DNA of 64,000 nt from Dicyema japonicum (lineage: Eukaryota > Animalia > Dicyemida): assembly GCA_011109175.1 (NCBI GenBank), contig RDEW01000026.1, positions 124,001 to 188,000 of the forward strand. Direction: 5' to 3'. Below are positions 53,486-64,000 of this stretch, one piece after another. The position numbers and the translations under genes were made by a program. The stretch's first letter is position 1. Every line of letters begins with the position of its first letter. The notes below the pieces were generated by a model that searched no databases, was not told the DNA's origin, and saw only the letters and a list, made by a program, of their open reading frames with translations.

Positions 53486-53695
53486 GTCACTTTTGCAATT
53501 GATCTCGACACTTTTGCATGTTGCTTTGTCACTTTTGCAATTGATCTCGACACTTTTGCATGTTGCTTTGTCACTTTTGCAAATGATCTCGTCACTTTTG
53601 CAATTGATCTCGACACTTTTGCAATTGATCTCGTCACTTTTGCAATTGATCTCGACACTTTTGCAAATGATCTCGAAACTTTTGCAATTGAAATT
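53486..53695 (+). repeat. Internal array: 10 x 21-bp G(T/A)CACTTTTGCAATTGATCTC with variant units
   Basis: Read directly from the sequence. Confidence 0.95.
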
Positions 53696-53712
53696 AATCT
53701 TCATCCTATAAC

Positions 53713-53899
53713 AAAAAAATAATTTTTGTTCCGCTTTGATTTTGGTAAGACCCACTTTGCTTTTGGTAAGTCCCACTTTGCTTTTGGTAAGTACCACTTT
53801 GCTTTTGGTAAGTACCACTTTGCTTTTGGTAAGACCCACTTTGCTTTTGGTAAGACCCACTTTGCTTTTGGTAAGACCCACTTTAAACCTGAAATGGTA
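53713..53899 (-). repeat. Right TIR: about 7 units of the same 21-bp repeat, inverted
   Basis: Reverse complement of the left TIR, including the inner gaacaaaaattattt boundary. Confidence 0.95.
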
Positions 53900-55354
53900 T
53901 AGTTTGTCCATTACCGCTTCTGAGACACCCAGGTTGCAGCGTTGTACATTAGGACTGGTTTCACGAAGGCATTGTATAGTCTCACACGTAATTGTGTGCT
54001 AATTTGTTTACGATGATTCCAGACTACTCCCATTTTTCTAAAGGCCGACGGCCAACATCTTCCTGTTAGTGATGTCCTCAGCGTCTCCGAGCAACGACCC
54101 CAATTTTTTACAGTATCTCCATTTTTCATCAGTTCGGATTAGTTCACGGCGTATGGTAGTTGTCTCCGTCTTTTCCGTATTGATTTTGATGAACCATTTT
54201 TCTAGGACATCTGGCATCCTTGTCCGTATATAGTTTAATGTTTTCTCGTCGCTGGATATATAGTCGATATCATCTGCATAAATCACTTCAGTTTGAGGTA
54301 GATCGCCAATTAATAGTCTGAAGTCTCTGAGTGCCGCCTCCAGATATGTCACAAAAAGTACCGGTGACAAGGAATATCCCTGCGGTACCCCGAACGTTGT
54401 CTCGAATGGGACAGACTCCAAATTTCCAAAACGTACACTTAGCTGCGTTGTTCCAAGTAATAGGCGGATCATTGCAAAATTCGATAAGCGATTCTCCTGA
54501 ATGGTTCCTGATCCCCCTTCCATGGCTTCCCATGAATTCTTCGTGACTACTCCCACGTCCTGCCTTTGCGTTCCAATCTCCGGCGATGTATGTCATGAAC
54601 GATGTTTCCAAAGATGCATATAGTTGCGACAGGGAGGAATAGAAGTCGTCTAGTTCGTCTCCAGTGATTGATACTCTCACCGAAGTTGTTGCATATACAT
54701 TAATAATGGAGATTATGGAATTGTTCCTTTCACCGTATATTCCATATGCTTCACTAATATTAATAAATAATCACAAATAATTAATATTGCCTAAGCAATT
54801 AAAGAAATCTCTTGGGAGCATGATGATTTAATAAAATAATGGAATCAATGTCAACAGTACACGTATTTAAATATTTCAATTTCCGTAGTCTTAAAGATTA
54901 GTTGACGAAACATCAACTATTGAGTGACCTTGCAATGTGACTAGATTAATGATGACCTAATTGATTCCAAGTATCTTTGAGTGGCTCATAAATAATATGG
55001 TTAAAACTCTTAAGAGTACAATTGTTTAACAAAAGAATGGAAGAGCTGACGAATGTGCTTTCAGCCTACTAGTACAATAGTATGTGATTATGTCAAGAAA
55101 ATCTCAATCTCTGATCTTTATAAATATTTGACCAATATACTGAATAAATCAATAATAGTAAATTAAGACAAAATGAACAACTAATTTTACAATAATAACA
55201 CAAATCATTACTGTTTTGCGCTAAAAACACACTTCATTTAATAAAAAGTTAATGCAGACATGTTTTAGTGCAATACACTTTAAAAGCTCATTCTTGGAAT
55301 TAAAAAGAAACACAAAAATTAATCACAACCAAATTTTAGATTAAACAGTAAGAA

Positions 55355-55456
55355 TTATTTGGCTCTATTCCTCATCTGACGACGTTTACGTTTCAGTTTG
55401 CGCATTCTCTTTTTCCTCCACTACGATGACATAACGATAACAACCTTTGCACGCAT
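55355..55456 (-). CDS. RPL41: Ribosomal protein eL41, 25 aa
   Basis: MRAK|WRKKRMRKLKRKRRQMRNRAK* with a 24-nt GT-AG intron at 55421-55444. Confidence 0.95.
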
Positions 55457-55849
55457 TTTATATTCTACTACTACTTTTTTTAAACAATTAATATTTATTA
55501 AATAAATTAATTAAAAAAATTAATTCGAAAGTTACTCCCTCAAAATCGATAGTCACAAAATATCCAAAAAACCTTGGTATAACATTGGACACCCACATGA
55601 CATTCTCCCAACAAATAATATGCAAAAGCCATGACTTAGTTAAATGTTTTAAAAAATCTACGGCTAAAACGTCTAAAACTATAGCTATATATTTTGGGTA
55701 TTTTAAAATGCACTGATCCGCTAAATCCCTTGTGTTTGCCATAACCAAAACAATGACAAATGGATAAAAATAACCTAAAAATCTGCAAACTATTTAATAT
55801 TTTTATTCATGTAGATTTGCAGAAATTGTCTTCAATACTTATTTATTTT

Positions 55850-57610
55850 ATTCAAATCCGATCAAATATCTTTCTTGCACAATCCTAGAAGCAAGATCAT
55901 TGGCTATTCCCAAGCATCGTCTAAATTCCTCTAATGGTCGAGGGAAGTTGGCATTGGTTAAAGAAAGAAATCACCTCAAAAAATCTAACTGGATCACATT
56001 AAGAAACGAAACTCCGGATCAGAACTCTAAATAACGAAATAAAAGCCAGAAAGTTCAAGGCACAGAAATTGAAGTGGAATCGGATTCTTACAAAGGTAAA
56101 TCGCAACCGTAGTATCGGAGAAGTGTGGAAAACCATCCGAAATGTTGCAAAGGGCGAAGAAACTTCTTCCGAGGATGACTATACTCAACGAGACGTTAAC
56201 AATTTGATAAAATTCTACACAAAAAAATTCGTACAAAGAACACAGGAAGTCTCTACGTAGAAAACTGAAGAAGGATTCTAACCAGTTTACTTCTCGGATG
56301 AAGACGTGAAGAATTCGCTGCGTTTTACAAGAACATCGTACTCTGCCGGTCCCGACAACATTCCAGTAGTGTTATTGAAGAACCTTGGAGATATGGAGTC
56401 GGTTTTCTAACATCGGCTTTCAACTATTCAATTAATTGGAGTGTAATGCCGTTGCTATGGAAGCATGCCAACATCCGACCTATACTGAAACTTGGAAAAC
56501 CTAAGGAGAATCCGGCATCATTTAGACCTGTGTCATTGTTATTTCCGTATCGAAAATCCTGGAAAGGCTTGTGCTTGGGAGAATCAAGGCTTTCTTACCA
56601 GAAAAGGATTTTCAACACGGATTCAAGAGCGATTGTTTTACATCAACGTACCTACAGAAATTAACCAACTTCATTAGAGATGGATTTCCAAACAAACCAA
56701 GGCATTTGAAACAGTCTTATGTTCCATTGATATTAACAAGGCCTTTGATTCTATTTCGAGAAAAATACTATCAAAGAAAATTTTCCAGTCGAGATCCCGG
56801 GGAAGCATAAACTTTGGATAACAAATTTCTTAGGTGGACGAAGGGACGTGTATGCCTCGGAGGACTGAAATCAGTCTCGCGTCTTCTCCCAAACGGTGTC
56901 CCCCAAGGATCTCCTTCATGCCCCGCTTATACAATTTATACCTGGCCGACCTCCCGACACCGGAATCCAATAACGATGTTCTATTCTCATATGCGGACGA
57001 CATTGTTTTGGCCTCGCGTGATCGGGATATCCAAAATGTTACAGAAAGATTACAAATTAACCTGGACCGACTCAACACCTGGGTATTGAAAAACCGGTCT
57101 ATGTTTACTTTGGACAAAGGGTTGGTAAGAGACTGTCACTTTAAAATTGGACAACGTTGAAATCTCCTTCAGCAAATGTCAGAAGATCCTGGGCGTGACA
57201 CTGGATACCCAGTTATGTTTGTCACCACACGTGGAAACATTGTTCTGAAGTGCGACAGGAAAATCAATGTATTGAAATATTTATCTGGAATATGGAAGTC
57301 GGTACCCACCCGGTCTTGATGAATATCTACAAACAATACCATGCTTCTCGTACGCGTGTGCTTCGTGGGGACCTTCATTATCATGGACGATACTAAGAAA
57401 ATCGAGGACGTACAAAAGAAGGCTTTCAGAGTCATGGTACGGTGGACTTGTGGGAGACACAGAACCGGACCGACTACTCTGGAGGCCCTCATAAACTAAA
57501 CTCCGGCATGCTGGAAGTTGGCCCTGCAATTACAGTCAGCCGCCAAGTACGAGCTTGTGTGGGCGCGAGGGAGGAGCACCGGGAAAGGATGAGGATTACG
57601 TGATAGTTAG
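55850..57610 (+). mobile_element. Jockey/I-like LINE, RT and 3' end, decayed
   Basis: AGPDNIP, WKHANIRPILKLGKP...SFRPVSLL, FQHGF, GVPQG, SYADD. Confidence 0.85.
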
Positions 57611-58459
57611 TTTGGTTTTACCGTTGGGTGTTTAATAAATAAAATTGTCGAGAGTGTTATACTTCCGTATGTAGAAATGTCTCTAAAACATATTCTCCGT
57701 TGGAATCTTTGAACAATTAACGAAATGTCCTTAAATTTTACTTTTCTTAAAAATCGAAACATTTTCAATTTTTAACGAATTTAAATATCTAAAAAACTCA
57801 TAATATGGTCAATGGTCAGTAAATATTTTGTATTTATTAATTTTTATAACAAAATTAAATGTAATATTTATCCCTTGTATTTAAGGGTCACAATTTGGTC
57901 ACATAATTTATTTGTTGAAATGCATGATGCTATAAATATTGTAATACGAATAATTTATAAATTGAATATGGAGAACATCACCATTTGATGAGGAAGAAGC
58001 GTAATAATTTGAATATCTACACAAGACGGACATCAGAGCATCTCTTACAAAAAGAATTCCAAGTATAGAGCATCTGATAAACCTTCACCAGGACGAGGGT
58101 CTTTAATATAAATTATAACATTAAAATAGTTTTATGAGGGGGTGATAAATTATTGAGAGGTAAAAATTTTCAATTACTGAAAAAACATACGGATAGAGAA
58201 ATTGACCCAGAACACTTGAGTCTATCATAGAGGTAACTGGAGGCAATTTCAGAAGAGGAGGGATAAAAGACCCCAGTCCGTATAGAAAATATGTGGGGAC
58301 ACGGTCGGATGGCCAATTTTGAGAGATGCCGGGATCACTTGAATATTAGTTAGTGGTCAAGACGGTGTTTCTTTGGCTTTAATAATAATAGGAGCGATGC
58401 GAAAAAAAGGTTGAAAAATGCTGATATAGATGATCCCCATGACTTACTTTAAAATTAAT

Positions 58460-58512
58460 ATAAAAATCAAAATTTTGACCACTACTAACTAGGGGATCTG
58501 CCCTCGTGGTCT
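58460..58512 (-). mobile_element. Isolated terminus related to the 28125-31117 MULE TIR
   Basis: aaaaatcaaaattttgacc...ctcgtggtc resembles aaaaatcaaaatttcgacc...cacgtggtc. Confidence 0.4.
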
Positions 58513-58819
58513 TTAACTTTTTTTTGATATCATAGAGATTATTTTTACTTAATTTTGTGCCACTTAATTGTAAAAATAGATTGTAGACCCATAGATACAT
58601 AGATTTATTATATAGAACTATGGTTTTCAGGGATTTGGGGACAACAATGCAGGAAGGAACTTGGATGTGAAGATATTAAATTGTCACCCCAACAGACTAA
58701 TATGAATGTAGTACAAAAACAATTGGATTATTATTAAACCACAAAATTGTTAAGTAAAAGGGAGTATTCACTAAAGATAAATTGTTTTATATCCTCCAGT
58801 CTTAAAACATAATACAATC

Positions 58820-59095
58820 GGTTGCCGGGAAAGAGGTATGAAGGTCGCTAGTTCGAATCCCGATACTGCACATTTCGGTTGAAAATTCTTTGGCTTGACG
58901 AATGACGTCGTCATCAGTGAACTTTACTGCGGAACCGGATCGTCTATAAAGGACATACACCCAAGAAAAAAAACACAAAAAAGTGAAGAGAATTCCTTAA
59001 TCCTCCCTGATTAGCTATTATTACTGTTCTTTGCTTAAAATAGTGTGTGTTCTGCCTGCGGGGAGCGTTAACTTACATGGCTCCTCGGAAAGAAT
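58820..59095 (+). mobile_element. tRNA-derived SINE, diverged copy 4
   Basis: B box gttcgaatcc; shared ggcttgacga..gtcatcagtg..tgcggaac.ggat core and gtgtgt..ctgcct tail. Confidence 0.75.
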
Positions 59096-59682
59096 ATTCA
59101 CTAAGACTGTGCCAGGTAAATTCATATGCCTCTTCCATATAAAACGTCCCCTCCCTTTGCACTCCGAATTTGAGATTTCAATTACCCTGGAAAAGAGAAA
59201 AACTCAAATCATGTAACGGGCCTGAATACTTCCTCGAATAAAATATTCGAGACACTGTAGGCATTAGATTGATAATGGGCATTAGTCTTCTAGGACCATT
59301 TGGCCTGGCACATAATTTTTATTTATTTAACCCAAGACCACGGTAAAACCAATATAATTATCACGTGATCCCGATTCATTCTAACAGAGACCTCATCTTT
59401 GCCCGGTGTTCTTCCTTCGTGCCCGCGCATGAACGTACATGACGGCTGCCTGAATTTTCAGGGCCACCTTCACGTGATCTGGAGTCTAGTCTCATAATTG
59501 AATAATTCAGTCCATCAAGTAAGTCATTGTGAACCACAGCCCTTGTCCATAGTGTCTGCAGTCAAAAAAATAGGATATAAATTTTTTTATAATTGTTTAA
59601 TTAAATTTAAATTTTTTAATAAAATTCTATAGGAGTTTTTAAATCATTGTGAGGTTGACAATTATTTATAAGACAGTTAAAG

Positions 59683-62600
59683 ATGACTGAGCAGATAAAC
59701 TCAGAATGTGACTGGGAATTCGACTGGCGACGTTATAAATTACTGCTAGACTCTGTGTTTTTTTCAAACTGTCATCTATTCCACAGGGATTCTCAGGAAT
59801 ACACAGATTTCTGGAAATTCCTCAACAAATATTGCATATTCCGGTCCAATCAGACTGAAAAGCCCAAAAAAGAGGCAAATTTCGGCGATTTCATCAACTC
59901 TTGGGAAGACAAATTCCGTCTCAAAGAAATAAAAATGGCCCTAGAATTTGGCTACGATGGAGGTAGGTACAATATTTTTATTTTAGGTCACAAAAAGTTG
60001 TCTCCCTTAAGAATCCAGCAATTTTCAGTTATTCTGAACCACTACCTGGATTTCCTAACAAAGGAGAAGGTCTCCGTTAAAGGATGAGTTTTAGACCGCC
60101 AAAACCAACAAAGTTATTCAGTCAAGGCAGTCTCTCCCGATTTTTCAAAGTCGGGACGAAATCATTGAGACAATCATGGCCAATCAAGTTATCCTAATAG
60201 CCGGGGACACGGGATGTGGAAAGTCGACGCAGATCCCTCAGTATTTGATGGAGGCTGGCTTTGAGAAGATCGCCTGTACACAGCCTCGTAGGATCGCCTG
60301 TGTGTCTCTCAGTAAGCGTGTGGCCTACGAAACTTTCAACCAGCACGGGACTTCTATTGGCTACCAAGTCTTCAAGGAACTCATTTTAGGTGAGATTTGA
60401 CCGGAACAAGTCTAAGGCTACTAAAATTTTGTTTATAACGGAGGGACTAGTGCTTAGGCAGTTGGGGAATGATCCAACTTTGTCTAATTACAACGCAATT
60501 GTTATTGACGAAGTTTTGGCGTTTGAATTTAAATTTTAGGTTCATGAAAGACACGTTAATACTGACTTTATTTTGGGAGTTCTCAGATGCATTATTCACC
60601 ACAGAACTGACCTTAAAGTCATTCTCATGTCTGCTACCATTGATATTCAGCTGTATAGTTCTTTCTTTAGAAACTGCCCTATTATTCAGGTTTTCGTTCA
60701 TCGTGTATTGTGAAGATCCCCGGAAGGCTATATCCTATCGCCTTGCATTACCTTCCTCCTGTCGCCATGGCATCTTTTGGAGAGAAAAAGGCTGCTAAAC
60801 TTGATCCGTCACCATATATTCGAATTATGCAGCAAATTGACAGCAAAGTTGACAAATGTGTTATTTCCTAGTACGAATTGTCGGAGAGGGGAGATTTGCT
60901 GATTTTTCTGAGCGGAATAAACGAAATTATGTGTGTAGCCGATGCAGCTAAAGCCTATTCAGCTGAGTCCTCAAATTGGCTGGTTTTGATGTTACACAGT
61001 ACTCTGGGGTCCGAGGAGCAGAGCAAAGTATTCGATTACGCCCCAGAAGGTATGAGAAAATGTGTGCTAGCCACCAATATAGCAGAAACATCAGTTACCA
61101 TTGACGGAATTCGATTTGTGGTAGACTCAGGCAAGGTTTGGTCTTTTATACTATTGTTATGTCAAACAAATGAGCTTTGATGGGGTCGCCAAAATGCAGA
61201 AACTGCAAGAGTTCCCCATCAGCAAAGCAAGTGCTGAGCAACGAAAGGGAAGAGCTGGAAGGACAGGTCCCGGAGTGGCGTTCCGACTCTACAGTTCAGC
61301 TGATTACGAGGCATTCGACGACTATTCTACCCCAGAGATCAAAAGGATTCCTCTTGACTCTCTGGTCCTTCAAATGGCATCGATCGGACTCAGAGATCCC
61401 CTCAAGTTGGTTCATTATTAATTATCCAGATTTCCTTTTATTCAACCTCCCCCAGAAGAACGACTGATTGAAGCTACAAACTACCTCCTAGACCAGGTAC
61501 AAGTTTTCCTAATCTCTAGGGTGCTCTCACGTCAGACGGATTGCTCACTCCAATGGGAAAAATGCTTGCTAGACTGCCGGTGGAAGTACTAATAGGAAAA
61601 CTGCTCATAATGGGCTCCCTTTTCCATGTTTTTGATGTCTTGACTTTTTAGGTGACGGAAACGGTGGTGACTGTTGCTGCTGCTCTTTCACTCCAGAATA
61701 TATTTGTGATGAAGGCTAATTTCGACCCTGATGTAATTGTAAGGTCTTTTAATCATTTTTAGCATATGAGGAAAGAACTTGAGTCTCCTCTTGGTGACCC
61801 CTTCACTTTGCTAAACGTGTACAATGCCTGGATACGAGTATGCTAGGTTATGTTACTTGTAGGCCAAACTTCAGGGGGAAAATTCAAAGAGATGGTGTAA
61901 AAAGTATGGAATCGAAGAACAGAGACTGTACGAACTGGTCAAACTGAAAAGTCAGTTTCAGGACCTTTTGCAGGTTTAGGTCAATTATTGTTGCAGAGTA
62001 ATGGCTTTATGGAACGTGAAGAGTCTTTGGATGATATTTCCCAGTACGAACGACTCAGGAAACTAGGAGACAGGAAGGTTCTGGACCAAATTAGAAAAAA
62101 GAGGAGGAATGAGTCTCACAGGAGGAAGTTTTTGAAGCCACATGTTTAAAATGTTTATATAAAATTATAGAATTACGGGGGGGTTTTCGGCAGTGTTAAA
62201 GAAGATAATGAAGATGATGAAGGAGATGACTATGATGATATTGAGTTAAGACTTTCCCATGATTTGAAGAAAATGCACGTTCTCATTTGATCTAAAAAGT
62301 CTAGGACAAAGCTGGGGGAGATAGCAATATTGGAAGTCGGGAGATGGATTTGCTGAAGATTATTCTGTGTGTGTCATTTTATCCTCAGTTTGCTTATGCA
62401 GATGACTTTAATCGTATAAAAAACGACCAATTCTTCCACACAAAAGTTTAATCACCTCATTTATTTTCTATAGGAAAAGCCCTTTGTACAGGTCCACCCC
62501 TCATCTGTTTACGCCTCTATGTCTGATGTATTGAAGGCTGAAGAAGGCTCAGCATTGCTTCTTATATATCTGTATTGATCTTCTTTATGTTCAAGGTCAC

Positions 62601-63454
62601 TCCTTGAGACCAACAAACCATATTTGATCAATGTCATGCCAGTCCCTGCCCTCCAGGCACTGTTGTTGTTCTCTGCTCATATTGACACTGATAAAGAATG
62701 TGGGAGGTTTGGATTTTACTTATGGTAGGATTATATGTGATGATTGGCTTGAGGTGAGAGTCATGGGAGAAGGAGAAGAGGCGGTTCATCAGTCCATAAA
62801 GCTGAGGAAGCTGTGGCTAGATATGCTAGAACTGAAACTCCAAGCTGTGGGTTTGCATTAATATTACCTGTGCAGAAAACGAGGACGCAGAGTTGAAGAA
62901 TCGTAAAAGAGTTGGTAAAACGAGAAAAGAGTTGACTAAACGACTGTGTTCATTTATAAATCATCGATATTCATACAAATTGAGGCGGATTATGCCAGCT
63001 GAACTTGATAATTCGTTTATTTCTCCAGGTTATATCATTTATTTACTTTAGATGACACTACTCAAGTTCTGTGGGATGGTTGTGGGCACTACAAAATTGA
63101 CAAAACACGTGGGGGATTAGTCATATCTCCCTTTATTACACATGGATGGTTTTAGTATGTCTGATTTTTAGTCTGAAGCCGGTGGAGGAGGTCGATTGTG
63201 AGGCAGAATTCCTTTTTGGAGATAATATGCAGAGGCACTGGAATTGTCCTAATTGTGGAGTGGACATGATTGTGACTCTGGTGCAGAGACTGAGGCACGA
63301 GGAGGGGTGTAAGGCTAGAGAGGTTGATGAAGATGAGGATGAGTTATATGTGAATGATGGTGATGATAAGATTAATTATGAATGTGGGATTTGTAATAGA
63401 CTGCTACGATTGAGTGCTACGCAAATACTACGACATAAAATGACTCATTCTTGA
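59683..63454 (+). CDS. DHX34: DEAH-box RNA helicase 34 (NMD-associated)
   Basis: [19 protein letters not shown]|[40 protein letters not shown], and C-terminal CxxC zinc fingers ending ILRHKMTHS. Confidence 0.9.
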
Positions 63455-63600
63455 TTATATTGGGTTTCACTTTATAAAATTTATATCAATTACTGAAATA
63501 ATCACTTTCTTTAAAATCAGGATTTATTACATAAACCATCAATAATGCATGATAATTAATAGGGCAATTTTTTAATTGCATTATGGAAAAATAAACGAAA

Positions 63601-63894
63601 TTATTTGTTGCAATACGAAATTAAATATTCCTGAACATTTTCAGGCTTAAAGTTTCGATTTTTAGCAAGAATTTTTGTCAGAGATATCGCCTTTTCAACT
63701 AAGGCTGAGCTTCCGCAAAAATTTTTAAGGTATGAGTAAATTTCTTGCGAAATATTTTTATTTGAGAAATCAAGAATACTTAGTATCCAAGATTTCTGAA
63801 GGTTTTTTGATATATAATTTTTTACATTGCACCAAACTGATGAAAATTCTAGATTTTTCAATAGAATAATCGAGTAGTTCGTATTTGAAATCAT
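63601..63894 (-). CDS. Unassigned ORF, possibly the last exon of a gene continuing beyond the window
   Basis: 97-codon open frame convergent with DHX34; no motif recognised. Confidence 0.3.
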   Translation of the reverse strand: MISNTNYSIILLKNLEFSSVWCNVKNYISKNLQKSWILSILDFSNKNISQEIYSYLKNFCGSSALVEKAISLTKILAKNRNFKPENVQEYLISYCNK

Positions 63895-64000
63895 TTTAAT
63901 TACAACAAATAGTTTGAGTTGATTTCGGTTAAACTTGAAAACAACGTGGGAATACTAACTGATTCTTTGGCCTAAAATAATTAAGAATCGAAACATTTTT

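Larger units (their letters stand above)
52151..53899 (-). mobile_element. Tc1/IS630-type transposon with minisatellite-built TIRs; decayed transposase at ~52390-53463
   Basis: Identical 30-bp termini taccatttcaggtttaaagtgggtcttacc; TA TSD at 52149-50 and 53900-01; HTH (ELAKSLDVPKTTTYRW), MDET, DNGPCH...RLGPYNPMLNPIE (D35E). Confidence 0.92.
51690..54740 (-). mobile_element. RTE-clade LINE split by the Tc1/IS630 element
   Basis: APE (FYSSL, AGDWNAK), RT (GVPQGYSLSP, IYADDID), RLYNAFVKPVLMYNAATW, and C-terminal WRLFGHILRM. Confidence 0.9.

Noticed and set aside
52151-53899. 21-bp arrays as CRISPR arrays
   Set aside because: Units are contiguous with no unique spacers, form the TIRs of a transposon, and there are no cas genes; the DNA is eukaryotic.
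55488-55748. 86-codon ORF upstream of RPL41
   Set aside because: It contains a 25-bp stretch (aaacgtctaaaactatagctatatt) also found at ~51655, suggesting repeat-derived sequence; no motif recognised.

Overview
Eukaryotic nuclear DNA, AT-rich, standard genetic code, with no sign of prokaryotic organisation (no CRISPR array, no operons). Host genes are compact and densely split by ultra-short spliceosomal introns (mostly 22-29 nt, GT-AG, one probable GC-AG), so the ORF track misses or fragments most of them. Genes reconstructed by hand: an orphan 6-exon gene, GALE, a multi-repeat beta-thymosin, cofactor-dependent phosphoglycerate mutase, a divergent DPH5, a duplicated orphan gene, ERCC6L/PICH, an intronless atypical Ras-family GTPase, ATG13, RPAP1, RPL41 and DHX34. 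They sit among nested, mostly decayed mobile elements: RTE, R4/Dong-like, CRE-like and Jockey/I-like LINEs, a tRNA-derived SINE family, MULE, hAT, pogo/Tigger and Tc1/IS630 DNA transposons, plus a degraded LSU rRNA fragment. An animal-type gene set with ~25-nt introns suggests a miniaturised animal parasite such as a dicyemid; this is inference only. The most unusual object is a 1.75-kb Tc1/IS630-type transposon whose TIRs are built from 21-bp minisatellite arrays and which carries a third, related 21-bp array; it is inserted precisely at a TA inside an RTE ORF. Single-base indels in homopolymers of several essential genes suggest residual assembly error, so frameshift-based pseudogene calls are tentative. 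Gene boundaries are hand-derived.
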